Source of the DNA: an uncultured Verrucomicrobiae bacterium | Lineage (GTDB): Bacteria; Verrucomicrobiota; Verrucomicrobiia; Limisphaerales; JAFGQR01 | Reading direction: 5' to 3' | Assembly (NCBI GenBank): GCA_963788655.1 | Contig: CAWBHS010000072.1 | Coordinates: 409,250-473,249, forward strand | Length of the DNA stretch: 64,000 bases | Part shown: piece after piece, positions 43,755-54,900 of the stretch | Layout: each line of letters starts with the position of its first letter | How positions within the stretch are numbered: the first letter of the stretch is position 1 | Notes under the pieces: generated by a model | Told to the model about the DNA's origin: nothing | Database searches by the model: none | The model's input: the letters and a program-made list of their open reading frames with translations, nothing else | Position numbers and translations under genes: made by a program

Positions 43755-45813
43755 CTAATTCTTTGTTTGCGCCCACTCCCGCACTGCGGCTTCGTCCAGC
43801 GTGCCCCAGTAAATTCGCAGGTCCGACAACTCGCCTTGGAATTTTAAGGATGTGTCGTATTCACCGACAAACGATCCGCTGTCCTGACCGAGCGACAGGC
43901 CGTCCGCGGGACGCCGGCTAATCGCCATGCCGGGTGCGGTTCCCGCCGGTTGGCCGTTGACGAACAGCCGCAGCGTGGCGTCCGGCAACAGCATACCAAC
44001 GATGTTCACTGGTTGGTTGAGCTTCACGGTGTCGCTGCCAATCACTTCGAAAAGCTGATCTGCCGAGCGGATGGCGAAATGGGGTTTGCCGTCCTTGAGA
44101 TATAAACTGAATCCTTGCGAAGCGCCACCGTCGGCCAGCAGCACTCCATTCAGCGCTGTCGGTTTGCAGGCGGCGCCCACGGTGAACGGTTTGAGCGACG
44201 GATCAATCCGCGGCATGGTCCCGCTGGCTTTGTCTCGGCGCAGCACGCTCTGCAACGGCACGGCCGTGAGCGGATGGCTTTTCAAGACGGCCCGCCGGCG
44301 CAGCTCCTTGAGCGGCACTTCGGGATCGGTATCGTCCAACTGCTTTTGCAACCGCTCCAGTTCGGCGTGCAGTTGCTTTCGCGTCGCTGCGTAGGCGGGA
44401 TCATCATAAACGCTGGTCATTTCTTTGGGATCCTTCTGCAGGTCGAACAGTTCCCAGTAATCCACGTCGCCATAGAATTTCACGAGCTTGTAGTCTGCGC
44501 TGGCAATGCCGTAGTGCGGGCGCACGTTGTGGACCGCCGGCCATTCGTAATAATGGTAGTAATAATTCTTTCGCCAGTCAGCCGGCGTATGGCCTTGCAG
44601 CACTGGCACAAGACTGCGGCCCTGCATTTCGGCAGGGATGGGAATGCCGGCCACTTCACAAAAGGTTTCGGCAAAGTCCAAGTTCGACACGATGTCGCGG
44701 CGGTTGCGTGTGCCGGGCTTCACCACGCCTGGCCAGCGCACGATCAACGGCGTGCGCAACGATTCCTTGAAGATCCAGCGCTTGTCGAACCAGCCGTGCT
44801 CGCCCACATAGAAGCCCTGGTCGGAGCTGTAAATGACAATGGTGTTCTTCGCCAATCCCGTCCGGTCCAGGTACTCGAGAACGCGGCCCACGCCGTCGTC
44901 CACACTGCGGATGCAACGCAAGTAATCCTTCATGTAACGCTGGTATTTCCAGCGCACCAGGTCGCGACCGGTCAGGCTGGCTTTCTCGAAGGTGGCGTTC
45001 TTTTGGGCGTAGGCCGCTTCCCATTCTTTCCGCTGCGCGTCGTTAAGGTCGCGTGGCGTTTTGAGCTTGAGGTCCCAATCATCCATCGTCTTCGCAATGG
45101 TCATATCCTGGGTCTTCTCCGCCTTTCCGCGACCGGCGTAGTCGTCGAACAGCGTGTCGGGTTCGGGAATCGTCACATCGTCGAAGAGGTGCAGATACTT
45201 GAGCGACGGTTCCCAGCGCCGATGGGGCGCCTTGTTCTGGAACATGAGGACGAACGGCTTACCGGAGTTCCGCTGTTTCTCCAGCCAATCCACCGCCAGG
45301 TCAGTGAGGACCTCGGTCGTGTAACCCTGGTATTTGACCCGCTCGCCCATGCGGTTCATGGGCGGGTTGTAATACTGCCCCTGCCCGTAAAGGATGTTCC
45401 AATAATCGAAGCCAGTCGGATCGCTCTCCAAGTGCCACTTGCCGATGACGGCGGTCTGGTAGCCAACCTTCTGGAGCAACTTGGGAAAGGTGGTCTGCGA
45501 ACCGTCGAACACGTCACCGCCGTTGGAATAAAAGCCGTTCTTGTGGGAATACTTGCCCGTCAGGACGGTCGCCCGGCTTGGCCCGCAGAGGGAATTGCAG
45601 ACGAAGCAGCGGTCAAATGTGATACCTTCCCGCGCCAACCGGTCGATGTGCGGTGTGGGCGCAATATTCGCCAACGGACCGCCGTAGGCGCTGACGGCCT
45701 GGTAGGCGTGATCGTCGGAAAAGATGAACACGATGTTAGGCCGGTCCGCCGCATGAACCGCCATCCCGGCGACCAGCGCCGCGAGACCAAGGAGGTAAGC
45801 TGAGAGTTTTCAT
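43755..45813 (-). CDS. Cys-type sulfatase with C-terminal LamG-like domain; frameshift in signal peptide near 45790
   Basis: [43 protein letters not shown]-terminal [22 protein letters not shown]. Confidence 0.9.
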
Positions 45814-46082
45814 GATGGGACTTCGAGTCGTCATTGTTCCAATGGTTGAGGATTGGCTTGGCGCGGTTTTCCAGTCCCCGGTTGCTCCGGGAAAATTGCG
45901 CCGCCATGGTTGAAACTTGAATTTCATCGTTTCGTCGTTTTCGGGCGTTAGTGGACGCGAGCGTAACACAACCCGTTGCCTTGGCGAGTGTAAAACGGAG
46001 TAGCGAATCACATCCAGTTGCCGTAAACGGATCAATGGCGACCCGCAATCCACGTGGACTGAGCATGGACTTAGCAGGCTAA

Positions 46083-46354
46083 GAGCCTGTTTTAAAATTG
46101 GGCGAGGTCCTGCGGCGAGGGATTTTGGACGCGGGCGAGGCGGCGCGGTCCGCGCATCCCCGCAGTGGGCTGTAAGGATCGAGCCAACGAAGCCCACGTT
46201 CAAAAGACCCGCCGCCCTGCGGGTTTTCGCGGAAAAGGCCGGCTGGCTTCGTTGCTCCTCGCTTACAGACCGCGGCGGGTATGCGCGTTCGTCGCGCCTC
46301 GCCAGCCGGCCTTTTCCGCGAAAACAGGACCACGCCGAATTTTAAAACAGGCTC
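46083..46354. mobile_element. non-autonomous MITE, IS5-family-like ends
   Basis: Perfect 17-bp TIR GAGCCTGTTTTAAAATT / AATTTTAAAACAGGCTC flanked by TAA on both sides; 272 bp; no transposase. Confidence 0.8.
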
Positions 46355-46377
46355 TAAGCTGCGGGCGGGCGGCTGGA

Positions 46378-46722
46378 TTCACCGCAAAGGCACGAAGAGC
46401 GCCAAGGCGGCAAATGGTGAAGCTTCTTTGCGATCTTCGTGCCTTTGCGGTGAAATCGCCCCGTTCAAGAACTTTGCGTTTTTCACTGATCGAGATAGCA
46501 AGCACCGCGTCTCAAACCCACCATTCCCGTTCTGGTAGGGCGAGACTCCGTCGAGTCCTGACTTCTCGGAGGCGCCTCTATTAACCTTAATCCAAGTGCG
46601 GACGAATGGGAAATCATTGGCGTTCGAACTGGTGAACGTCCCCCCCGCTTACCGTGACACCGGTTTCGGATGCTCGGAAGCGATGAGGGAAAGTCAGGGC
46701 TCGACGGAGTCTCTCCCTACCA
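46378..46722. repeat. REP-like pairs (CACCGCAAAGGCACGAAG pair; family C GGTAGGGCGAGACTCCGTCGAG pair)
   Basis: 46378-46456 inverted pair; 46533-46562 paired with 46693-46722. Confidence 0.8.
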
Positions 46723-46843
46723 AGGCGATGGTGTGGACCGTTTAGCTCGCATGCGACAGAGATGTTGCCAATCCCTTCAAGCGTTCAGCGATTCAACCCT
46801 TCAAACACTCTGATCGCGCCACGCCTCGTTCGTTGCCCTTGCC

Positions 46844-47692
46844 CTACATTTCCCCCAGTATCTTATTGAGCGCCGCGTAGCACTCCTTGAGTTCGGCCGG
46901 TTCGTTCTTGCCGAAGCGCTCGTATTCCAGGCCCACCATGCCGGCATAATGTTGCGCCAGCAGTTCCTTGAGCACGCCCTTGAGGTTGATGTCGCCCTGG
47001 CCGAGAATGCGCGTGGCAAACTTCCCGGGTCCGACTTTGGCGTAGTCCTTGAGATGAAAATCGTAGAGGCGGTCCTTGACCTTCCGCACCACCTCGACCT
47101 CGTTATCGCCTTCGCGGAAGACGTGGCCAATATCGACACAGAGGCCGACGTGCGGATCCAGATCCTTGATGCGTTCGTAGGCGCCCAGGGCGGAGGGCCA
47201 ATGCTTGTCCCCAGGGCCGTGGTTGTGAATTGCCACGCGCAGGTCGTATTCCCGCGCCAGCTTTTCGGTCACCGGCAACGCAGCGGGATCCAGGGAGATG
47301 ACCGCGTCCTGAAAGCCGGCGTTCTTCGCGTATTCGAAGGCACGGCGCTGGCCAGCCTCGTCGCTCTTCAAATAAATCACCCCGCCGCTGATTGCCGTGA
47401 CGCCGATGTCTTTCAATTTCTTGATGCGCGACTGAATTTGCTCCTTGGTCAGCGACATCGGCAGGTGGCAGTCCTTCAGCGAAACGTAGCGCAGACCTAG
47501 GTTCTTGAGCAATGCCACCAATTCGTCAAACGACATCTTATTGACCGAATACGAAGCGAGCCCAACCTTCAGCCCGTGGTAATAGGAAGTGCCTCCCACG
47601 CTGGCACTGCGGACCGGCAGTGTGCCCAAGCCCACCGCGGCGATGCTGGTTGTTTTCAAAAAATCACGACGATTCATGGCGTTCATTTTCAT
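46844..47692 (-). CDS. Tat-exported sugar phosphate isomerase/epimerase (TIM barrel)
   Basis: MNRRDFLK signal, GLASYS, AIHNHGP, CVDIGH, FHLKD, GLEYE. Confidence 0.9.
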   Translation of the reverse strand: MKMNAMNRRDFLKTTSIAAVGLGTLPVRSASVGGTSYYHGLKVGLASYSVNKMSFDELVALLKNLGLRYVSLKDCHLPMSLTKEQIQSRIKKLKDIGVTAISGGVIYLKSDEAGQRRAFEYAKNAGFQDAVISLDPAALPVTEKLAREYDLRVAIHNHGPGDKHWPSALGAYERIKDLDPHVGLCVDIGHVFREGDNEVEVVRKVKDRLYDFHLKDYAKVGPGKFATRILGQGDINLKGVLKELLAQHYAGMVGLEYERFGKNEPAELKECYAALNKILGEM

Positions 47693-47831
47693 AGTTTCAT
47701 TCATACAAAATTGCTTTCCTTTTGACGCTCCGTGATTCACGAAGAATTCATTTTTCGTTAAGTTCATCGAAAGGAGTCTTCTGCCGTTTTCGCCGGAACG
47801 CAATCCGCAGCATTGCGGCCGACCTCCTGAC

Positions 47832-48879
47832 TCAACGCTTTTGATCCCAACTCACCCGTTCGTCTGGACTGGCCAGTTTTGGGAAAGCCGCGTGGGGTTC
47901 GGTCTGATACCAATAGGCGACACTGTAATAGAAGTTGCCGCTATGGAACGGCGGGAGACCGTTGCCGTGCTCGATGAGAAACCGCATTGAGCGGCGAAAC
48001 GGGATCGGGTCGGGCACGTGCCAGCGGTAGGCACTGACGAACGGCTCCTCCAGAAACGGAACCCCATAGGTACGGGAAGCACCCGGCGCGCAGTCCGTAG
48101 GATTCGCAGAAGTAGTCTTCGGAGCCGGTTCCGTGCATGGCTTCCTTGCCGTCAACTTCGACAATCTCGTCGCCTTCACCCCACCAGCCGCCGTCGTTGT
48201 TCTTCACGCTCAAGACGCACCCGATCAATTGGCCGCGGCCCTTGGCGTCCAGGATGAGATAGGGACCGTCCGGCGGCGGAGTGGCCTGGCGGTATTGCGC
48301 GTGGAAGTACGCCTGGCCCTGGGGCGGCTCTGCGTAGGAGCGATAATTCACTTCGAACCAATGGCGACTCGACTGCTTGCCTTCGTTCGTGATGGTGAGG
48401 CGGGCCGAGCGGGTGAACGGCATGGGAATGTAGCAATTGCGCGCCGCGCCGGACGCCGCCGGATCCGTGAGCCGCCCCCGCCGTTGATCGATGCACATCA
48501 GGGCGGAATCGAGCTTCTCCGTGAACCCAAAACCCTCCGCGAAAAAGTCGCCCACCGGCACCTCGACACTCGGCTCCTTCTCGCCATCCCAATACATGCG
48601 CAAGACGTGGAGTTGCAGATGGTGCGGCTCGCGACTGGTGACATTGTCGCGGAAGTGGATGATGCAGCCCGGACCCTGGATGTCCGCCAACACGAGGGTT
48701 TCTCCGGCGGGCAGGTTGCGCCAGTCCTTGTTGCCGCCGGTTGGGTCCACCGACGTGATGCGGTGCGCCTCGAAGTCGTGCAAAGCAGGAAGGCTTTGAA
48801 GGTCGTTCGGCAGGCCGTCCTGGCCACGCACGATTACCACGGAAACCAGCAAGCTGAGGATGAGTAGTGTTGATTTCAT
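47832..48879 (-). CDS. DUF2961 / GH172-family glycoside hydrolase, frameshift near 48065
   Basis: S.DPTGGN.D, GPG.I.H, LRMYWDGE..PSVEVPVGDFF, WWGEGDE, GTGSEDYF; then YRWHVPDPIPF..IEHG..SVAYWYQ. Confidence 0.88.
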
Positions 48880-49077
48880 ACTGAAAATTGCTGCTCCTGC
48901 AGGAGCGTTGAGGGTGATTTTCTGTAGTAAGCGCCGAAAGGCAAGCTTCAGTTTCGGGAAGGAGCTTGGAACTGGTCCGCTCAGCTTTCGTCCAAAGGAA
49001 AAGTCTTGTCTCCGCGACCGGCTTTGGTGAGTATTCGAGTCACTTGAAGTCCATGAGTAGGGTATGAACAATGAGGA

Positions 49078-49687
49078 ATGTCAATTGAACTCCAAATGAA
49101 ACCTTTTGAAATTGAAGCACGGGCACTCCGGATCATTGAGGCAGTAGAGAATAAAGCGTTTGTCGAGGACTCAACCGTCGAACTTAAGGCGACTTGGATC
49201 GAGCCAGCAAAAGCTGCACGCCGTCTTGCGGCGCACGCCAACACAGCGCGGGGCGAGCGCATTCTTTGGTTAATTTCCATTTCATAGATGCACAGTTCGC
49301 CTGACTGAAAGTGACAAGGGCCTGGAACTTGACGTTGGAGAAATCTACTTGGAACAATCCTCAGGCAAGAAACGGACACTTGGCGACTTACGATACGCCT
49401 CCTTCGCGCGTAGACAGGGGACACCGCATGTAAGCGTTAATGCTAAAGAAGAGAGCATTGAAGCAACAGGCGCGGAAATTGTGATTCGTGGACCGGGAAA
49501 AGTTAAACTCCACGGCTGGTGCAAAGTCGAACCAGACCTAGTGCAATGCATACCTAAACTGAAGGTCCAATCAATTCTTGTGGAAGCAGTAAGCGATTCC
49601 GAGGTTACTTGCGCATGGATTACATTAATGCGCGAATCCGCACAAGGCGGCGAAGTATGGCGATTCAGCAAGAAGCCCAACCAGTGA
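49078..49687 (+). pseudogene. decayed AlbA_2/Schlafen-domain gene (two fragments) in an AT-richer islet
   Basis: EDSTVELKA..AARRLAAHAN.ARGERILWLI ends prematurely at 49287; a second fragment 49349..49687 has only a TTG start. Confidence 0.55.
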
Positions 49688-49740
49688 TAATTTAATTCAA
49701 CCACGAACGGACCCATTACGGCAGAGGCGCATCCAAATCC

Positions 49741-49910
49741 TGGTAGGGCGAGACTCCATCGAACCCTGACATCCCTGAGCGTGTCGGTCGGCGAAAGGCC
49801 GGAGACAGGGAGGTCTTTGATGTTCGAACGCCGAAGGCTTCCCGCGCTGACGCCGTCGGCAAGCGGCGACGATGCGGAGAAGTCAGGGCTCGACGGAGTC
49901 TCGCCCTACC
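49741..49910. repeat. REP-like family C inverted pair overlapping a stop codon
   Basis: GGTAGGGCGAGACTCCATCGAACCCTGAC / GTCAGGGCTCGACGGAGTCTCGCCCTACC; supplies TAG stop of the sulfatase at 49906-49908. Confidence 0.85.
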
Positions 49911-51426
49911 GGTCCGCGGCAATGATGGCGTCGAGTTTGACGGCGAGTCGTTTCAAAACGTCCGAATTTTGGGCGGCAACGTTGTTTGTTTCGCCGGGAT
50001 CATTCGCGAGGTTGAACAATTGGTCCTTCGGGGCTGCCGCAGCTTGTCTGCGACCGCGACCATGGCGTTGGAGTTTCCAGTTGCCGACGCGAAGACCGAA
50101 GTTGCCGGCGTTGCCGTTGTCCTGCTGGACGAGATGATCGCGTCCTTTTGCGCCGTCCTTGCCGAGCAAGGCTTCGAGGACGTTGAAGCTGTCGGGGCAG
50201 GCGTCGGTTGGTACGGGCACTCCGGTTAACGCAGCCATGCTGGCGGCCAGGTCAATGGTGCAGACGACCTGGTCGGACACGCCGGGTTTGATCCGACCCG
50301 GCCAGCGGGTGATGAACGGCACGCGGGTGCCGCCTTCCTTGATGGTGTATTTGCCACCGCTGAATGGGCCGGCGGGTTTGTGGTTACCAAGTTTCTCGAC
50401 GGCGCCGTCCTGGTAACCGTCGTCGAGGACTGGGCCGTTGTCGGAACTGAAGACAATCAGCGTCTGGTCGGCAAGCTTGAGACGGTCGAGGGTTTTCAGG
50501 ATTTCCCCGACGCCCCAATCCAGTTCGAGAATTGCGTCGCCGCGCCAGCCCAGCGAGGATTTGCCCTGGAACCGTTCGTTCGGCATTCGGGGGACGTGGA
50601 TGTCGTGTGGCGCATAGTAAAGGAAGAACGGTTTGCTGCGATCCTTTTCGATCCACGCGAAGGCGTGCTGGATCCAAGCGTCGGCCAGTTCCTCGTCGCG
50701 CCAGCGCGCGGATTGACCACCAGTGAAGAAGCCGATGCGGCCGATGCCATTGACGACGGTCTGGTTGTGGCCTTGACTCCAGTCCATGCGCAACTTGTCG
50801 CGCTCGGTGATGCCGGTGGGAAAGCTCTCGGAGGGTTTCCGGTTGCCAACCCAGATCGGATCATTGGGATCCAGTCCGGGAATCCGATGGTTTTCGACAT
50901 AAACCGACGGCACACGGTCGGGCGTGGTCGGCAGAATGAAGCTGTAGTCGAAACCGATCTCCAGCGGTCCCGGTTTCAAATCGCCGTTCCAATCCGGTTT
51001 GGGCGGCTGGCCGAGTCCGAGATGCCATTTACCCACGACCGCGGTCCGGTAACCGGCCTGCTTGAGCAACGAGGCAATGGTCACCGTGCCTGGTTGGATG
51101 ATCGCCGGTGCGTTCGGCGGGGCGATGCCGGTTCCCTTCGTGCGGAAGGCATACTTGCCCGTGAGCAGCGAATAGCGCGTCGGCGTGCAAGTCGAAGCCG
51201 AGCAGTAGCCACCAGTAAAGCGAAGCCCCTCGGCGGCCAATCGGTCGATGTTTGGCGTGTGGATCGCAGTGGCGCCGTAGCAGGAGACATCACCATAACC
51301 CAGGTCATCGGAAAGGATGACGATGATGTTGGGCTTCGCTGGTAGTTGGGCATCCGCGGCGCGAAGAATTCCAACCGTTGGAAACAGGCACAGCGAAGTA
51401 ATGATGGCGGTAAGCAATAATTTCAT
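49906..51426 (-). CDS. Cys-type arylsulfatase
   Basis: Signal peptide; PNIIVILSDDLGYGD, TCTPTRYSLLTG, GKWHLG, SSDNGP, EGGTRVP. Confidence 0.93.
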   Translation of the reverse strand: MKLLLTAIITSLCLFPTVGILRAADAQLPAKPNIIVILSDDLGYGDVSCYGATAIHTPNIDRLAAEGLRFTGGYCSASTCTPTRYSLLTGKYAFRTKGTGIAPPNAPAIIQPGTVTIASLLKQAGYRTAVVGKWHLGLGQPPKPDWNGDLKPGPLEIGFDYSFILPTTPDRVPSVYVENHRIPGLDPNDPIWVGNRKPSESFPTGITERDKLRMDWSQGHNQTVVNGIGRIGFFTGGQSARWRDEELADAWIQHAFAWIEKDRSKPFFLYYAPHDIHVPRMPNERFQGKSSLGWRGDAILELDWGVGEILKTLDRLKLADQTLIVFSSDNGPVLDDGYQDGAVEKLGNHKPAGPFSGGKYTIKEGGTRVPFITRWPGRIKPGVSDQVVCTIDLAASMAALTGVPVPTDACPDSFNVLEALLGKDGAKGRDHLVQQDNGNAGNFGLRVGNWKLQRHGRGRRQAAAAPKDQLFNLANDPGETNNVAAQNSDVLKRLAVKLDAIIAADR

Positions 51427-51453
51427 AAAGACTATTGGATTCAATATCGGTAC

Positions 51454-51540
51454 GTAGCACCCGACGTAAGGAGGCTCAAATTTTCTCGCAATATCCCGCT
51501 GCTCACGAACAAAAGTGAGCCTCCTTACGTCGGCTGCCAC
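51454..51540. repeat. REP-like family B inverted pair
   Basis: GTAGCACCCGACGTAAGGAGGCTCA / TGAGCCTCCTTACGTCGGCTGCCAC, 2 nt from the upstream sulfatase stop. Confidence 0.8.
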
Positions 51541-51542
51541 CA

Positions 51543-52940
51543 TTATTTCCGTCTGGCTTTGGCTTTACCTTGACGCGGACGGGCAACTTGATTCGGCTCG
51601 CCGCTGGACACGGCGGATTGCAGGTATTCCTCGAGGCGCGCCTTGAGTTGACGAACCTTTTCAGGCAGCCGCTCGGCGAGGTTGTTGGTTTCGCCGATGT
51701 CGTCAGCGAGGTTGTAGAGTTCGAATTTAGCTTGGACCGGTTTTTGAAGCAGCTTGAAATTGCCCATGCGGATCGCTGCCTGGCGGGGTTGCATCCCCGG
51801 CAGCAGCAGCGCTTCGTGCGGTGAGGGCGCGCCTTGCGTCAGCACGGGCCAGATGTCGCAGCCGTCCAGCGACAATTTTTGATCCAGCGAACCGCCGGCC
51901 AGTTTCACCAGCGTCGGATACCAGTCCACAATGTGCATCGGCGCTTCGACCCGCCGACCAGCGGGGATGTGGCCGGGCCAGTTGGCGAAGGCGCAAACGC
52001 GCACGCCGCCTTCGTAGATCGTGCCCTTGCCCGCACGTAGCGGGACATTGGAAGTGACCTTGCCGGGCGCGGGTCCGCCATTGTCGCTGGAGAAGAGAAT
52101 CAGCGTGTTATCGCGAATGCCTTTTTGGTCGAGCGCTGCGATGATTTGCCCGACCGCTTCGTCCATTGCCGCAACCATGCCAGCGTAAGTCCGGCGACGG
52201 CCGGTGAGATTGGTATAAGGTTCCAAATATTTTTCCGGCACTTCCAACGGCGCGTGGACGGCGTTGAACGGCACGTAGAGAAAGAGCGGTTTCTCCGATG
52301 GCTGTTCCCGAATGAGCCGACAAGCTTCCTGGGCGATCAGGTGAGTGGAGTAGCCCTGGTCCGCGCAAGGTTGGTCGTCGCGGTGCCAGTCCAGCACGCC
52401 GTCGCGCTTATGGGTGAAGTAGTCCAAGGCGCCGAACCAGTGACCATATTGATGGTCAAAGCCCCGATGCGTCGGCAGATACTCGGGCCGGTATTCGCCC
52501 AGATGCCATTTGCCGCTGATGGCAGTGGCGTAACCCGCCTGGCGCAACGCCTCGGCCAGCGTGCGCTCAGTCAGTGGCAGTCCCCACGCTGCATGCGGGC
52601 GCACGACGTGATACACCCCGGTGTGCGTCACGTAGCGTCCAGTCATGAACGAAGCACGCGTCGGCGAGCAGACCGGTTGGACGTAGAACGAACCCAGCAC
52701 GGTGCCGGCCTTGGCGAGCGCATCGAGGTGGGGCGTAAAGATGTCCTTGCCGCCGTTGAACCCAACGTCGGCGTAACCCAGGTCGTCGGCAAGAATGACG
52801 ACGAGGTTGGGTTTGACGGTTGCTGACGGAGAAGAAGCCGATTGGTTCACGGCTGCGTGAACAGACAACGCAAAGATGGTGGTGCCCAATAGCGCGGCGA
52901 CGGCAAGCCAAAGTTGGAGGGCTGATAACTTTCTGTTCAT
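51543..52940 (-). CDS. Cys-type arylsulfatase (ArsB-like)
   Basis: PNLVVILADDLGYAD, VCSPTRASFMTGRY, GKWHLG, FNAVHAPL, SSDNGG. Confidence 0.93.
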   Translation of the reverse strand: MNRKLSALQLWLAVAALLGTTIFALSVHAAVNQSASSPSATVKPNLVVILADDLGYADVGFNGGKDIFTPHLDALAKAGTVLGSFYVQPVCSPTRASFMTGRYVTHTGVYHVVRPHAAWGLPLTERTLAEALRQAGYATAISGKWHLGEYRPEYLPTHRGFDHQYGHWFGALDYFTHKRDGVLDWHRDDQPCADQGYSTHLIAQEACRLIREQPSEKPLFLYVPFNAVHAPLEVPEKYLEPYTNLTGRRRTYAGMVAAMDEAVGQIIAALDQKGIRDNTLILFSSDNGGPAPGKVTSNVPLRAGKGTIYEGGVRVCAFANWPGHIPAGRRVEAPMHIVDWYPTLVKLAGGSLDQKLSLDGCDIWPVLTQGAPSPHEALLLPGMQPRQAAIRMGNFKLLQKPVQAKFELYNLADDIGETNNLAERLPEKVRQLKARLEEYLQSAVSSGEPNQVARPRQGKAKARRK

Positions 52941-52976
52941 GCGTTCAGTCTAGCGGGAACGAGGGCATTTTGGCAA
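52941..52976 (-). promoter_or_regulatory. putative sigma70 leaderless promoter
   Basis: Minus strand TTGCCA-N18-TAGACT-GAACGC-ATG; no Shine-Dalgarno; same layout at 54724-54759. Confidence 0.6.
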
Positions 52977-53109
52977 AGCATCCTTGCTGAGCGAAACCTG
53001 CGCGCTGCTGCGCCGTCATTCTACGATCGCGAAGTATGCGGCGCTCTGCCGAGACGCCGCTACCGGAAATGGTTCCGACAATCGAAAACGCGACATCATC
53101 AGTCTTTGG

Positions 53110-54723
53110 TCACCAGACTATCCCACCAGGTGGGGTTGGGCTGCCAGTCGGGATCGAGATAGGCGGCGTGCGACTTTTCGAGGCGGGCCTTGAGCGCTTG
53201 CGCGGCTTTTCGATGCTGTTCGCCCATGGCTTCGGTGTACTCGGGATTGGGCTGCGGGAGCTTGGCGCCCGTTTCTTTGAGCCAGGCCTCAAGTTGCGCC
53301 CAGAGTTGCGCGGTCCGTCGCGGCTTCTTGGGCCGCGAGGTCGTGCTGCTCGCCGATGTCGTCGGGCAAATGGTAGAGTTCGTTGCGGCCGTCCTCCCAG
53401 TAGTGAATGAGCTTCCAGTCGCCCTGGCGGATGATCGACGACGGCTCGCCGCCCTGGTTGCCGTAATGGGGGTAGTGCCAGAACAGCGGTCGCGGCGCGA
53501 TCGTGCCGCCCTTGAGCAACGGCACCAGGCTGACGCCGTCGACGTGCTGCTTCGGTCGCAGCGGCAGGCCGGCCAGTTCGAGCAGCGTGGGATAGAAATC
53601 GGTGCCGATCACCGGCGTGTCGCAGGTGCTGCCGGGCCGGGTGACGCCGGGGGCCTTGATGTAAAACGGCACGCGCATGCCGCCTTCCCACTGGCGGCCC
53701 TTGCCGCCGCGGTAGGGCAGCTCGGAGGAGCTGAAGCTGTCGCCCGAGGAAACGCCGCCGTTGTCGCCCGTGAAGCAGACGATCGTGTTGTCGGCCAGCC
53801 CAAGCTCCTCGAGGCGCTTCAACACCCGGCCCACGGCGGTGTCCATGTTCTCGATCAGTCCGGCGTAGATCGGGTTGTCCTGCACCTGGCGGACCGGCAG
53901 CGTGCGGTCGATCTTGAAGCGTTCTGCGGGCACCGGCTTCGCGGAGGCCTTCTCGCGATACTTGCTCCAAAGCGGCTTGGTGGTCTGGATCGGCCCATGC
54001 ACCGCGTAGAACGACAGGTAGGCCAGGAACGGCTTGTCCTGGTTTTGTTCGATGAAGGCGATGGTCTCGCTCGCCAGACGCTGGGTGAGCGATTCGCCTT
54101 TCGGGCCGCTGGGCAGATTGGGATTTTTCCAAGGCGAGAAGTAGCCGCCGTTCGGGCTGCCGGCGTCCCAGCCGCCCTTGTTGATGTCGAAGCCGTGGTC
54201 CTCCGGCCAGGAACCTTTGCTGCCCAGGTGCCATTTGCCGGCAAAGAAGGTCGTGTAGCCGGCCTGCTTCAGAGCCTCGGCCAGCGTGGTGTCGGCGGCG
54301 GGCAGATTGCGGACGTAATCGGGCACCAGCAATTTGACGTGCCGGCGCTTGGCGAACGTTTCCCCCACCGCCTGCGCCGATCCAATCGGTGATGCCGTGG
54401 CGGGCGGGATATTTGCCCAGCATGATGCTCGCGCGCGACGGACTGCACACCTGGCAGGCGGCGTAGCCCTGGGTGAATCGCATGCCGCTGCGCGCCAGGG
54501 CGTCGATGTTGGGCGTTTCGTAAAACGTGCTGCCCTCGATGCCCACGTCCTTGATGCCGTAGTCATCGACGAGGATGAAGAGAATGTTGGGCCTGGCGGA
54601 CGGAGACGTCCGGGAAGTGGTCGATGGACTCACGGCGGCACCGGCTGACCTCACAAGGACGGTTGCGCTCAGCAGCACGGCGGCAGCAACCCATGGTTGG
54701 ATGGCTGAAAACTTTCGGTTCAT
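53110..54723 (-). CDS. Cys-type sulfatase; frameshifts near 54375 and 53320
   Basis: [44 protein letters not shown] across ORFs 53110..54723 and 53289..54566. Confidence 0.88.
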   Translation of the reverse strand: MNRKFSAIQPWVAAAVLLSATVLVRSAGAAVSPSTTSRTSPSARPNILFILVDDYGIKDVGIEGSTFYETPNIDALARSGMRFTQGYAACQVCSPSRASIMLGKYPARHGITDWIGAGGGGNVRQAPARQIAGARLRPQSARRRHHAGRGSEAGRLHDLLCRQMAPGQQRFLAGGPRLRHQQGRLGRRQPERRLLLALEKSQSAQRPERRIAHPASGERDHRLHRTKPGQAVPGLPVVLRGAWADPDHQAALEQVSREGLREAGARRTLQDRPHAAGPPGAGQPDLRRTDREHGHRRGPGVEAPRGAWAGRQHDRLLHGRQRRRFLGRQLQLLRAALPRRQGPPVGRRHARAVLHQGPRRHPARQHLRHAGDRHRFLSHAARTGRPAAATEAARRRRQPGAVAQGRHDRAATAVLALPPLRQPGRRAVVDHPPGRLEAHSLLGGRPQRTLPFARRHRRAARPRGPRSRDGPRNSGRNLRPGSKKRAPSSRSPIPSTPKPWANSIEKPRKRSRPASKSRTPPISIPTGSPTPPGGIVW

Positions 54724-54759
54724 GCGTTCAGTCTATCGGGAAGGGGCGCGAATTGGCAA
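54724..54759 (-). promoter_or_regulatory. putative sigma70 leaderless promoter
   Basis: Minus strand TTGCCA-N18-TAGACT-GAACGC-ATG, duplicate of 52941-52976. Confidence 0.6.
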
Positions 54760-54900
54760 AACATGAGTAAGGGGAATTAGTGGCATTGCCAGGTACCGTA
54801 AGTTCAGCGCTAGTCGTGAGGAATTCAGGCTGGTCATCCGGATTGGGACGGGCACAATCATGGGACGTTCAACCGAGTTCAACGATGACATCATAGTTTT

